64,000 bases of DNA, taken from assembly GCF_902459465.1 (NCBI RefSeq), contig NC_047071.1, forward strand, positions 4,216,001 through 4,280,000. Reading direction: 5' to 3'. Made by a program: the position numbers and the translations under genes. The stretch's first letter is position 1; each line of letters opens with the position of its first letter. The notes under the pieces were generated by a model, which was not told the DNA's origin, made no database searches, and was given only the letters and a program-made list of their open reading frames with translations. The stretch is from Asterias rubens. Lineage: Eukaryota. Positions 48,045 to 61,520 of the stretch are shown here, in pieces.

Positions 48045-49237
48045 TTTGTTTTTTGTCACAGCATTCTCTATCAAGAAAACATTTTAACGATCTTTACCAC
48101 CCAATTAAAGTCTATATATTCTAGAAAACAATTCATGATGGCAAAAATACTGATAAACAAAAATCATTCAATCACTATAATTTTTAATTGACTATAAAAG
48201 AAAGTACTTCTTATACATACGCATTATTTTCTTGAATTAACAGAAACAATTTTCAGAAAAAAATACATTTAAATAACAATTACCTGAAAAACAGCTACTT
48301 TGGTTTTCATCCTGTCACTTTGAAAAAAAATATATATCATTTGTTTACATAATTTGTTTACATATATATATTTACATATGTGCTCTATCAACATTAAACA
48401 TTAACATTTCTTCTGATCGCAGCCACAGCAAAATTTTAGGTAAAGAGCGTTATTAATAACGGGCAAATATTTGTGCTTTGTTATATTAAAACACTACTAG
48501 ACTTGTGAACAAGTCGTTAAAGGTTTGACGAGATTGCTCATCCAGCTCACCTACTGCTCTTGCGACTTCGGCTGCATTTACATTTCAGGCAGAAGTCGGG
48601 AGGCAGCAATATCGCCAGAGCAGTACAGAGAACTGAGAGCATTTACTAAACAAACATTTAAGGACTTGTCCACAAGTTTAATCAAACACAGGCACAATTT
48701 TGTAAACTGTTAAGTACAACAAAATATGACCAGCACAGAAACATTTTGCTCAGGGAAAAAAAAAATTGTTTGTATACTTTTCTGGTACCCTGCAAAATAT
48801 TTTGCTAAACATTTGCCAACTACTATTTTCTGCTTAACAGCTTTAGGAAATTGGACTCTGCTTAAAACATTCTTCACATATGCCGGTTTTTCGCTTGAAC
48901 AAACCCACGTCCACGGGCATAACATTTATCATCCCGCTCATCAAGCAAACCATTTTATCAGTTAATAAAAAAGCCAAAAGTTTACAGGTACGATTTGAAT
49001 CTATGCAGAGTGGGAATACGATCAAGTGAGGTTTGTGGAGACGTCATGTAATTTACAATTTACTCTCTCTATGAGCTGGGGTGGTTCTGAAAAGAACCAA
49101 AGAGTACTTAACGACTGGTTCTTCTCAGAACCAACGGTTCTTCTCAGAACCAACGGTTCTTCCCAGAACCACCACTACTCGTATTCAGAATTATTGTACA
49201 TGGTGTCTCTGTAAAACCCATAGAGTTATATATTAGA

Positions 49238-49492
49238 ACTAGAGGGCGCACTGGCCTATACACGCGCTCCGGCATGCGCGCAAGAGCCATTTTCTAAGTT
49301 GACAAAACTGGCATCTCACAGCGTGTGTTTGTGCAGCCATTTTGTAAGTTGAACAGCATCGCGTGAGCGTTCAATAAAAAAAAACTCAAACGTGTATTTC
49401 ATATTCAACGCGCGTGCAGAATGACGTGCTTGTCATCTTGCGGTCCCGTGGCGTTTGTGCACGAAGCATCACTCGTGCGCCCTCTAGTTCTT
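49238..49492. mobile_element. MITE with 17-bp TIRs AGAACTAGAGGGCGCAC
   Basis: agaactagagggcgcac...gtgcgccctctagttct in TA-rich flanks. Confidence 0.75.
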
Positions 49493-50849
49493 ATATATAA
49501 CTCTATGGTAAAACCTCTCTCGATTTTACAAGCCATTACGCTAATAATATCAATGCAAAAAGAGTCAGTTAGACACTTTGAAATACAACTACATGTACCT
49601 GAGTGGTAGAGAGATACGCCTTTTGGCGACAGTTATTTTTTTAACTTTTATGCTCTCCTGGGCACCCCACTGTTGTTTTACTTTGTTTTCATAAATATTT
49701 TTAATGTATGTACATGTGCTTGTAAATGTGATTGCCCGAATAAATATTATTCAATAGTACACATACCCTTGTCAAATATGTCAAGTAACGCGCAGCTACA
49801 TCTCATATCCAATTGTTCTTCGGTCTTGTTGTATGTGGGATGCCGAATCGCTAATACTTTTCCGTATACCACTAAGGCTTGTGTGGTGACTTAAAGTGTT
49901 ACTGGCCAATCAATACAAGAATTTATATATTGGAACATAAAGATGGAAATAAAGATGGATATGTTTCAAAGGATGAACACAAAAATGTATATACATGTAA
50001 GTGATCAACAGCCCCTCATTATTCGTTTTGTGATCATTATCTATAACTTATTGTTTTGTTCTACTTCTGAAGACAAGCAGAGACACATCAGCTTGACACA
50101 TCAAGACCACCCGAGTAACGTGCCTGTGATATTTTTGCACAGGACTCGGGAAAGTACTGAGTATACAGTGCTAACACACATCGGTGTATGGGTAAAAACC
50201 AACAAATTAATAAAGACCACACTGGCTCTTTCAGGGCCAACACTCCCTCAAAAGAGATTGTACACAAGGTAGTACCTGCGATTTTACTATTTATAGTGAA
50301 TTCTTATGTTTTACTTCTTTACTTGTTAAGTGTAAGTCAACAAGAGATTCTTCAATTAGACTCCTTGCGTTGGCAGCCAAGAGACATGTGCCTAACGTTA
50401 AGTGAGTCAGTGTGGTATTGCTGAGAAACTTCTAATTCTAAAAAAGATGAGGCAATTACTACTCAATAGTTAATGACCTGACTCTATAGCAGAATCTTTC
50501 TTGAATGCTGAATGACAACAAAACTCATATCAACAAGTATACTGGTGAATCAGAAGCAGTATAGCAATATAAATAGAAGATATAGACAACACACTACAAT
50601 AACTGAGTTTCAAATCATATTAATACATTTAATTCCCAAATTAAAAAACTCAATCGCAATCGTTCAATTCAAGCCCTGGGACATTTAGTGACAAGATACT
50701 TTCCAATAGATGTAAAATTTGCATCGGAAATGAAGAATGTTAATTTTGATTTTAACCCTTACACTGATATGTGTTATCACTGTATACTCAGTACTTTCCC
50801 AAGTTCCGTGAAACAAACCAGGCATTGTTTGCAATGCTAGAGCAGTGTC

Positions 50850-51224
50850 TTAAAAGCAGTGGACACTATTGGTAATTGTCAAAGACCAGTCTTCTCACTT
50901 GGTGTATCTAAACATATGCATAAAATAACAAACCTGTGAAAATTTGAGCTCAATCGGTCATCGAACTTGAGAAAGAAAAAACACCCTTGTCACACGAAGT
51001 TGTGTGCGTTTAGATGGTTGATTTCGAGACCTCAAGTTCTAAATCTGAGGTCCCAAAATCGAATTTGTGGAAAAATACTTCTTTCTCGAAAACTATGGCG
51101 CTTCAGAGGGATTTGCTCCCCACAATGTTTTATACCATCAACCTCTCCCCATTACTCATCACCTAGAACAATTTTATGCTAATAATTAATTGGATTAATT
51201 ACCAATAGTGTCCACTGCCTTTAA
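50850..51224. mobile_element. Kolobok-like MITE (main family) ~55 nt past the MFSD12 stop
   Basis: Same TIRs and TTAA flanks. Confidence 0.85.
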
Positions 51225-51279
51225 AAAACGATCATAAGTCCAAGACTAGCGGAGTACATCGCTGTTTAAGTTCACATCT

Positions 51280-54200
51280 TTAGGAAGAGCTGCCTGTGTG
51301 CTTACTTCTTGTACTCCCATAGCCGTTGATTGACGTTTGCTCTTCCTTGTCAATAGGAAACAGTCTTTTGCATTCACCACATTGTTCTGAGCAGTACTCA
51401 CTCTCACTTTCGATACTGTTTGTGGTGAACGAACGGGCTAAAGAAGAAGTAGAAAAATAAAATCACAGACATGGATTGATGTCTTATAAAAAACAAAATT
51501 AATAATAATAGTGGCTTCTAATATAGTACTCAAAGGAGCACTTCGCTGGCACAAGAGACATTCTTCTAGCTGTTACTCACTATCCACAAGAAACTGATAA
51601 GAAACCTCAAATGAGGATGAATTTTTCTTCTTGGAGATTGCCATGAAATGGTTGCCTGTAAAATGCCTCGTGTGACATGACCTATTTGCATTGCAGCAAA
51701 TCAATCCAAATCAACAACAATGAAACCATCATCACAGCTTAAACCCAATCCATGCCAATCCCCCCAAAAAGTTAATAACTTCTGGTGAATTTTTCTTCTC
51801 AACTTTACTACTGGGTCCTCTACTTGATAAAGAATGGAATAATACTTACGTGGATTCTTCCGAACGCCAACCGTTACAGGGATAAGAGTTAGAAGTACTA
51901 TTAGGGAAAGAACGGCAGCCCCACCCGGAACAAAGACCTGGACATCCCGGTAGAACCAAACACACGCTGGACAACAATTCCTAAATGGACAACAACAATG
52001 AATTGAGTCAATTTTTAACACCTATTCTCCCGACACTGTTGTGTTGTTGAGCAAAACACTACAATGTAATTCATTTGTTCTGTGGCTGGGGCACTATGGA
52101 CTCGGGCTATGGAGCTTTTCAAAGGGTCTAGGTACTTTTTGTAGGACAAAAAACACAATGTCCACAGACTTACACTAAACTTACACAGTTTGAAGGTAAT
52201 GGTAGTAGAAAGCTTCCCTAAAAATATTACTTGCTGAGGCGCTGTAGTTTTTGAGAAATGGGTAAAACAATGTCATGAAAATAATTTTCGTCTCAGTGAT
52301 CATGAGATGAAAATTATTTTAGCATGTAAAAATCGTATTTTCATGACACTGTTTTACTAATTTCTCAAAAACTACAGCACCTCAGCAACTAATATTTTAA
52401 GATACGTTTTCTAGTATCCTAGGACTAGTACTAAGTTAGGACTATCTTTGTGACATCGACCCCTGAACTGTAAAACTACCAGATTGGAAAAATACGCAGT
52501 ATTTGACGTCTAAACATGAACTTACACACAAGGATGTAAGTACTGAATAATCATCACAGCGACTCCATTCGACAGCTTGTCAGTGAAGCTCATCGCTCCA
52601 TACACAAATGCTCCAGATTCCTATAAAAAACATTACACAAAATAAAAGTATGTTCTTGTTGTCATTCATATCATATTTAAAGGCACTGGAAACTATTGGT
52701 AACTAGTCAAAATAATTATCAGCATAAAAAATTACGTGGTAAAAAGCAATGGAGAGCTGTTGATAGTATAAAACATTGTAAGAAACGGCTCCTTCTCAAG
52801 TAACTTAGGTTTCGAGAAAGAAGTAATTTTCCAAGAATTTGATTTCGAGACCTCAGATTTAGAATTTGAGCTACCGAAATCAAGCCTCTGAAAGCACAAA
52901 ACTTGTTTTCTTCCATTATTATCTCGCAGCTTCGACGACCTATTGAGCTCAAATTTTCACTGGTTTGTTATTTTGTGCATATGTTAAGACACACCAAGTG
53001 AGAAGATTGATCTTTGACAATTACCAATAGCTTCCAGTGTCTTTAACTCCTCCCTTAAAAAAGAACTATTTCTCAATGCTGAGTTTACACTTTGTGTCAA
53101 ATGATGAGTGTAGTGAGAGACAATCCAACCTGATGCAATCTTTCATTTGAAGTTGGAGATTTTAACAAGTCTTCACTGAAAACAAAATAAGTTTTTTTGG
53201 ACTTCCACAAAAAGGCGGAAGAATCTCATCACTGATGCTTAGAAAGACGTTGAATGAAGTATCGCACTTTGATAGTATTCACTGTGTGAAATCAGCGACA
53301 AGATAAAATAGCAAAAAAATGGTTAGTGGCCTGACATTTTGATCCTACAAGTGTCTTTCTTGAAGGCTAAAGTAAAGACAGGCACGATATTTTGTTCCTA
53401 GAAAAAAGTAGGATTATTGGTAGTTGAGTACAAGGGCCGACTTCCATGTACACATGGTGTAGTCTCTAATTGACTTTTCAGGCTATTTTATCAGAAATTT
53501 TCTGATTTTTCCAAAGGGCAAACAAGAATCGGAAACCAGACTAAAGTAGGAAGAATATCATGCATGTAAAGACTCTACTAGGGTCAAAACTTCAGGCCAT
53601 AAACTATTTTGTTTTTAATCCATACCAAGTCTTTTGGTTGGTGAGCAGTTTGCAACTGCTAATTCTATTTTCTAAGCAACGAAAATTGTAGGAACTACAA
53701 ATTATCATACAAGTCAAATTCGTGGAAGTGTCGTGGCCGAGCGGTTAAGAGCACCGAAATCAAACGCTGGTGTTTCTGATCAGCAGAGTGTGGGTTCGAA
53801 TCCCCAGCCATGACACTGTGTCCTTAAGCAAGACACTTTGCTTTGCCTTCAGATGGGACGTAAAGCCGTTGGTCCCATGTGTTGTGTAGCGCATGTAAAA
53901 GAACCCAGTGCACTTATGAAAAAGAGAAGGGGTTCGCCCCGGTGTTCCTGGTTGTGGCTGCTTAATGCGCCGTAGCACCTTGTAAAACCTTATAAGGTGC
54001 TAAATAATTGGGTCTCAGAATTCATCACTGCAATAACCTATCTTTCTGAAAGTTTGTATATCTCAGCGCCTTGAGTACCTTGTTTGGTAGATACATGCGC
54101 TATATAAGACTTCGATATTATTAAATACTCACGGTGTTATGTGCAATGAGATCTGATGTTAACGCAAGAGATGTTACAAGTAATGTGGAGCCTCCGGCAC

Positions 54201-57200
54201 CTATGAGTACTGCAGCACCGTAGACTTGTGTATCGATGTCTGGAAACCACAGCCAAGTACAGCCTCCAGAGAACACTAAAACGCTCAAGAAATATGTCAA
54301 CTATGGGAAGAAAGAGAGTACGGTTTTCTATCAATTCCTTCTACCTTCTTCAAATTGAAAACGCTCAAAATAGTTGCTGGTTTGTTTGTTTGCTTGTTTT
54401 TATTTGTCAAATAGATTATGTGTAGTCGATTGTATGATGCTTGCAATGGAATCGAACAACAACAAATTAGTAGAAATAAAAGGTGTAGAACAAAATCCCA
54501 AGAACAATTTAACAACATCCTAGCCTTTTTTTGTGAAACAGCCCTTTTAAGATCTCAGAAAATGCTTACCTTTCGTCCGAGCTTTTTATTTACTAAACTG
54601 ACGAGGAACGAAGAGATGAATCCACTGACGTACATCACCAATGGTACAATTGCAATAGATGTCTGCAAAAAATTTACAAGAAATTAGGGATCAGAATAAA
54701 TTTAGTGATGTTTACAATTGTTTTTTTTTGTTTTTTTTACCCATACACCGATGTGTGTTAGCACTGTATACTCAGTACTTTCCCGAGTCCTGTGAAAAAA
54801 TATCACAGGCATACATGTACTACTCGGGTGGGATTCGAACCCACAACCCTTGCAATTCTAGAGCAGTGTCTTACCAACTAGACTACCGAAGTTGCCCGGT
54901 AGCTAGAGGCAGTTCGAATCCTATGTTTAGTGAGGTTTGACAAGCATGTAGTAATATAACAAAATAAAGGCACTGGACACATTTGGTAATTGTAAAAGAC
55001 CATTCTTCTCACTAGGTGTATCACAACATATGCATAAAATAACAAACCTGTAAATAAATCAGGCTCAATTGGTCATCGAAGTTGCAAGAAAATAATGAAA
55101 GAAAAAAAAATACCATTGTTGCACAAATTTGTGTGCTTTCAGATGCCTAAGAAAGGCTTCAGGCCCTGAAGTCTTTCTCAGATTCAATTATTTAAGTGAG
55201 AAATGACCTCTTTCTAAAACAAAAAACATTACTTCAGAGGTAGTTGTTTCTCACAACGTTTTATACTTTCAACAGCTCTCCTTTGCTTGTTGCCAAATAA
55301 GTTGTTATGCTAACATATTTGTTCAGTAATTACCAGCCGTGTCCAGTGCCTTTAAAACCATATCATAATGGTGTAGAATCTCACCTTAGATAGTTTTAAT
55401 GTCTCTGTTATGTACATGGGAATATAAACTTGGGAGATGTTGACCATCAAACGACTGCACATGTATATCAATGCAACCTAGAGGTAAAAACACAACAAAT
55501 CGATGACAAAATGAAAAATGTGAAGACAAAAGAATTGCTAAAAAGAATGAAAAATGACTGCTAGCCTTCAACCATTATCCATCCCGTACTTCCCTAAAAT
55601 CCCATCCCTAAAGACCTTTGGGTTATGTATATTTAAAAAGTAAATAATAAATAATAATAACTAGTTCTTTCTTGTATATCGTATTTTACATAACGTATTA
55701 ACACACTTTTCATAAGTGCCCTGGTCATTGGGCCAATAATTTTCCTGTAAATAAATCAAACTCAGCTCACTGGGGAGTATACAGCACCCCCCCCCCAAAC
55801 TGACATGGCACTCCAAGGTTTTTTTTTCATACACAATATCAACCTCTACCCTCGCAGGTACCCATTTATACCCCTGGGTGAAGAGAAGCAATTATAGTAA
55901 AACATCTTGCTCAAGTCAAGGACAAAAAGGTAAATGAATCCACACTCTGATGACTTAACCACCAGAACTTGAATTTGATGTTCTAAACTGTTCGGCAATG
56001 ACACCTTGTATATTTGGTCACTTCTAGATTTCAACTACTTATAAGAACATCAATTTTGTATTCTTACGTCTTATCGGACGTGAACTGGGATTGGCCAATC
56101 AATGTCCAATGAGCACAAACAGAGATTGAATTTATTAATCAATGGTCATTGAGAATCAAAGAGAATAGGTCAAATGTTGGTAAATAAAAACATTAATTGG
56201 TAAATGAGCACTAAGTTTGTTCGATCAATACCCAATGAAAATGTGAACTTCATCCAATCAATACCAACTGAAACTGTTAACTGTGTTAGATCAATACTTG
56301 ATAAAGCTGTGAGCTACATTCAATCAATAACGAATAAAACTGTGAACTATGGTCGATCGATGAAAAGTAAACCATGAACTGTATTTAAGCATTACCTGAT
56401 AAAACTGTGATTCAAACAGCCAATCTTTCCATGTCATCTTGCATTGTTCGTCAAGATTAAGGTATTTCTTCCTGTTCTTGATGCAACAAGGCAAATCTTG
56501 TGTCCTCGACTTTAAGGGTTCTTTAGTCCCACAGTGGAAGATTAAGGAGAATACAGCGCCAGTTCCAACAACAATAATCGCAAGGTACTAAATCCAGAAG
56601 GAAAAATAACATAAAATAGTTAACAGAAATTTACAAAGTAATCATTTTAAGAAAAACACCCATAATCACAGATATTTACAATGTTAACCAACGTACATGT
56701 ACTATGATGGTATCTTGAAAAGGCAATGTTGATGGTGGAGATACAATCTAGTATGGTTTGCGGTAACACCATGTGCATGAGAAGGATTTAACATTTTGCA
56801 TGGTGGAGATACAATCTAATGGGTTGGGGTGACACCATGTGCACGAGTAGGATTTTAAACTTTGCAATGTGGAGATACAATCTAGTAAGCTTTGCAGTAA
56901 CACCCTTAAGACAGATTACCAACCAAAAGACCTAGTCAAAAGACCTAGTTATTCATATTGCTGCGACTGGTGCCCGACATTTAACCAATTTGGCATCAAA
57001 AGCCACGGCTTTGGCTTTGGCTGTTGTTAAGTCTGTTGCTAAGGACGTCCTATACCTAAACGCATGATGGCGCGGAAATCTTGCCGAAGCCGTAGCTATA
57101 GCCACCAATTTGGACACGGTCTAAGTTTGATGTGTAACCCCTAAAGGCAGTGGACACTATTGGTAATTACTCAAAATAATTGGTAGCATAAAACCTTTCT

Positions 57201-60200
57201 TGGTGACGAGTAATAAGGAGAGTATAAAATATTCTGAGAAACGGCTCCCTCTGAAGTGAAGTAGTTTTTGAGAAAGAAGTAATTTTCCACAAATTTGATT
57301 TCGAGACCTCAGATTTAGAACTTGAGGTCTCAAAGTCAAGCATCGGAAAGCACAAAACTACGTGTGACAAGGGTGTTTTTTCTTTCATTGATATCTCGCA
57401 ACTTCGGCGACCGCTTGAGCTCAAATTTTCACAGGTTGGTTATTTTATGCATATATGCTGAGACACACCAAACAAGAAGACTGGTCTTTGACAATTACCA
57501 ATAGTGTCCAGTGTCTTTAATAATGATAGTTGTTACAAACTAAACCAACATACCCTGAACTGTGGTATATCAGCGGGGGTGAGAGCTGAAGTTCCCGTTG
57601 CATCCAACAGTACCCAGCAGATTGCGAAGACACAGATATTGGAAAGAACTGTAAATGTATACCTACAACAAAATATCATTATGGTTATAAATTATGTAAA
57701 CTTACTAATTTTTTAGAACATCGACATTCAAGCGTTGTTTTCCAAAATCAAAAAAAGTCCAGAGACGAAACCTAAAGCCAGGTTCATACTTCCTGCGAAT
57801 GCGATCACAATTTTGATGTCACAGGGCTATTTTCGCAGTTGAAAGTTTCAAAGGAGTGGAGCACAAGTTAACTGCTGCGAACTATTCGTTCTGACGTCAA
57901 AATCAGTATCGCATTTGCATTTGCATTTGCAGGAAGTATGAGCCGAGTATAAGCCGAGGTTTCGGAAAAACCTCCAAGAACTGTTACCTTATGGCGTTGA
58001 GTGCTACTCGCTCAGCATCCAGAGGGGTAAGCTCGGGTATAAGAGATAAATGAGATATCTGGGTTGACGCCCATCCAAACTGGAAGATGATAATGAACGG
58101 GGCGAAGTAGATAATCTTAGCCCACTGAGAGGCGTCGTCAACACCGATGACTGGACTGAAGATGAACACAAAAGTGCTCATCACACATATCGTACCTAGT
58201 GGTGGATTGACATTTAACAAATTTAGTATCAGTAAATCTGAGATCGTGTATAAAAAAAACCTGCCAAGCAGCACAGCTTTGCAGTTTAGGTTTTTATTTT
58301 ATTAAAGTAGGCAAAGTCATGCCAGTGCTGTAATGGGTTATGTTAACATTAGCGAAACATTTTGACATTACAATCAAGTAGATCGTTGTCTTTTGATTGG
58401 ATGATTGGAGGCCACAAGGTTTCATTTGTCAAACCATCACATGGCCTACGCCATAAACCCTACAAGAGGAAAATTTTGTAAAAAACACATTACAAAGCTC
58501 CCAGTAATACTTTATGACTTCTAGAGGATGTTTACTTAATGCTAACCAACTCACGACTAGCGGGTTTTACTTTCAAATTGGTTCTAAGTTGCAAACTGGC
58601 CAGGGTGCATAAAATACCTTACATATATCTTTTAAACACTTATCTACTGCTAATGAACTTCAAACGACTCAGGTTTACTTTCAAATTGGTTCTAGGTTGC
58701 AAACTGGCCAGGGCACATGACAAACCTTATCTTTTAAACACTTACCTAAAAGGTGCCATGACTTCCGTTTCCCGTATCGACATGCCAGCGATTGATCAGA
58801 CTCGTAGCCAATGAGGGGTGTGCACAAGGCATCACTAACCTGACCAATCAGCATTAAGTATCCAGCGTAAATATTGCTATCAAGATAGGGGGGAGTGGAG
58901 AGTGAGATTAAAAATAAAACACAAATAAAACAGATCCAAAAGCATTTAAAAATGCTCACCGCAAAACATTTGAAATCTGAGAAACAATTTTTGCATGAAT
59001 CTTTTCTCAGATTTCTGAGGTTTGGTGTGGGTTGTGAGTGCTGCGGCCATGAGATGCGGTTGGTACCCTCAGTCACTTTGCTATTGTGGATTGATCCAAC
59101 GTCCCTGTGAAAAAACAGTGACAATTCTGTTTTCTCAACAAGAGGATAAAAAAGGGACTTTTACTGTTAATTTCTTTATAAGTTTGCCAATAAATCAGCG
59201 CGACTTTTACAAAAGATAGTAAAAACCTTTAACCGTTAAGTGCAAGGAATACAAGCATGAAATGACAATCTTACTATTAAGGAAATCAAGGAAGAGTCTA
59301 TGCGTCTATATATAAAGATTGAACAATGAAATATAAGTATTGCCTGTTAGCTACATCCTCGGCAAAATCATTATCATAACATCCTGTTGTAGTACCACAA
59401 GTCTCTGTACTTGGGGTGGGTGAGGGGATTGTTCTCAACTTCAAATCGTAATCTGGCCTTGAAATGACAATAAGAGTCTAGATATAAAGATCAAACAATG
59501 ACAAATAAATATTGTCTGCTAGCTATATCCTCTATCCTCTACACAATCATTGTCATAACATGTTGTTATATATAACACTGTACCTAGCGGTGGGGTGAGG
59601 GGGTTGGTCCTATGGCATTGTAAACTCAACTTCAATTAATAAGCAGACTTCGAAGTAACCAACAGCACCACCAGTGATTGCCACGGTGCCCTGTACTTTT
59701 GCTGTTGTGCCCGTTGTAAAGTTCAAATTTTCCTCATAGGAACAGCCCCTTAGAGGAAAATTGCTGTCTGTGCCCCTCCAAGAAAGATGATCAAGGCCTG
59801 AATAATGCTCAATAGCATGGCTAATATTTTGTTACTTAAAATACGCACATGTTATCATTTATAATTTAGGGGTGTTTATGAAAATCATACTAGATTTAAT
59901 CAGGTTTGTTGTTGTTGCTGATTTAAGTAATTCACAAATTGTTGTATAATACTAAACAATGGAGACTTTGGAACGCCTCTTGTAGGTGGCAGCAGACTTA
60001 CCAGTGAGGTAAATTCCATTGTTTAGGCCAATTTTGAAGCGGCGACTTCCGTTACAGCTACAGCTAGATGCATCTGCCAATGTTGAAGAATAGGCAGACG
60101 CGCACGATCCAGCCAGAGCTGTAGCTGAAGTTGCCGTTTTGGACACGGCCTTACATAGTTTTGGGGATGCGAACATTAAGAACAATAAATTTACCTGGTA

Positions 60201-60429
60201 AGCTGGAACGACTGCTGCCACCTAGCATCCTAAAAGTCCCAAATAACACTTACTTAAAAAGAAGAACTTTGTGATAGAAAATGAGCAAGTAGCTGAACCA
60301 CATTGAAGCACATAGATCGTTGAGAACGTGGCCGACACCGTATGCATACCGTCGAGGTAGACTTAAGACATACTCTATTTGTGGTTCGGTTCGGACTGCC
60401 TCCCGTTGTTCTTCATCACTATCTGACAT
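51280..60429 (-). CDS. MFSD12: MFS transporter MFSD12 (lysosomal/melanosomal cysteine importer family), 11 exons, 517 aa
   Basis: Exons 60429-60254, 58876-58746, 58195-57988, 57662-57554, 56587-56396, 55477-55385, 54662-54570, 54300-54133, 52620-52526, 51980-51850, 51437-51280 (1554 nt, phases consistent). Motifs [70 protein letters not shown] match MFSD12 as recalled. The last exon could instead splice at 51306 (a|gtaagc). Confidence 0.93.
52677..53046. mobile_element. Kolobok-like MITE (main family)
   Basis: Same TIRs and TTAA flanks. Confidence 0.8.
53722..54125 (+). mobile_element. Apparently full-length tRNA-derived SINE; related minus-strand heads at 8240-8462 and ~55700-56005
   Basis: Head gtcgtggccgagcggttaagagcacc...ggttcgaatcc; central gtgtccttaagcaagacactt and gatgggacgtaaagccgttggtccc...gtaaaagaacccagtgcac (CORE/Deu/Nin-like by recollection); tail gcgctatataag...attatta ending ~8 nt from the MFSD12 exon 8 donor. 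Confidence 0.8.
54965..55355. mobile_element. Kolobok-like MITE (main family, diverged)
   Basis: AGGCACTGGACAC...GTGTCCAGTGCCTttaa. Confidence 0.8.
56735..56905. repeat. ~70-bp tandem repeat, ~2.5 copies
   Basis: Recurrent gtggagatacaatcta...aacaccatgtgca...aggattt. Confidence 0.85.
57142..57520. mobile_element. Kolobok-like MITE (main family)
   Basis: Same TIRs. Confidence 0.85.
58540..58750. repeat. ~115-bp tandem duplication abutting the MFSD12 exon 2 donor
   Basis: tttactttcaaattggttcta(a/g)gttgcaaactggccaggg...tatcttttaaacactta(t/c)cta twice. Confidence 0.85.
59305..59610. repeat. Diverged ~170-bp tandem duplication in MFSD12 intron 1
   Basis: gagtcta...atataaagat...ttagcta(c/t)atcctc...atcatt(a/g)tcataacat...ggggtgagggg twice. 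Confidence 0.7.
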
Positions 60430-61164
60430 CTTGGATGTTTATTTATTGTTCAAAAATTTTTTTAACTTTTTTTTTGTACCTAGTGACAAATGAAACAGTT
60501 AATTACAATAAGGATTTAGAACTTCATTTTTTATGAGATATCATTGGTTAATAAGCCATTGCGAGTTAGATTTGATAACAACGACTTGCTTAGTCACACT
60601 CACAAGTCATCGCTTGCATTTGAATTCCTCAGAACATGGAGGAACTATAAGGCCACTACAGATGAATGGAGGAGGGTCCAAGGAACACATCCATGGTCAG
60701 TTTGATCCGGCCATTGGGGGTCCTTCTTGTCTTTATTTATTTTATTATATACAACAATTTGTCATATGTTTAGTTATACATTTTGAAATTCACATGTAGG
60801 ATGTCTCAAGTGAAATAGGTAACATTTCAATTCACATTTTTTTACTACACATCATCTGAATAGTTTGTTCACAAATGGTGTGCATAACCACACAAATCTA
60901 AAGGGAGCTGATCCCATCGCTCAGAATAAAAATCTACGCCATTCCACGCACTACTTGTTCTGCTCGCACATTACTTAGTTCTTGCCAGCTACATTATATA
61001 ACGAGCGAGTTATACTAACCCTGAAAACCAGCCAAAGAGTAGACCTAGGTACAGTATCAGACACTTTAATATTATATAATAAGTATGTCACTCTCTATCA
61101 TTGAGTAAACCAACTGATGGCAAGCTATTAATTCTTTATAATCAAATATTATATAATAGATAAC

Positions 61165-61520
61165 AAATAGAAGGACCCAAATGGCCGGGTCAAAATTACA
61201 ATACAATGGATATGCTCCTATGACCCTCCTCTATAGACTATACATCTGTACCAAACTAGTAGTGCCCGGCCAAAAGGGTCTGACCACTAGCATGACTAGA
61301 ATTAGAAATAGAATTAGAAACCAACCGTTACGTTACATTTTGACTGTAAAAGGTGTATTAAACATTTTGATGACAAAATAGTTAAACATAATAAAATAGA
61401 TTTAAAAATAGATAGAAAATAGAAGGACCCCAATGGCCGGGTCAAAATTACAATGGATGTGTTCCTTGGACCCTCCTCTACACATCTGTACCAAGTAGTG
61501 CCCGGCCAAAAGGGTGATTA
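61165..61520. repeat. Two direct copies of a ~110-bp motif plus an inverted partial copy at ~60665-60730
   Basis: aaatagaaggaccc(a/c)aatggccgggtcaaaattacaat...gaccctcctcta...catctgtacca...agtagtgcccggccaaaagggt. Confidence 0.8.

Noticed and set aside
50290-50420. Possible extra MFSD12 terminal exon (KFLSNTTLTH...)
   Set aside because: Its acceptor is phase 0 while the donor at 51306 is phase 1, and an in-frame stop at 51280 already closes the gene.
566-57504. Recurring small ORFs such as [10 protein letters not shown].../[20 protein letters not shown]...
   Set aside because: All are translations of the palindromic Kolobok-like MITE; reading frames are not conserved between copies.
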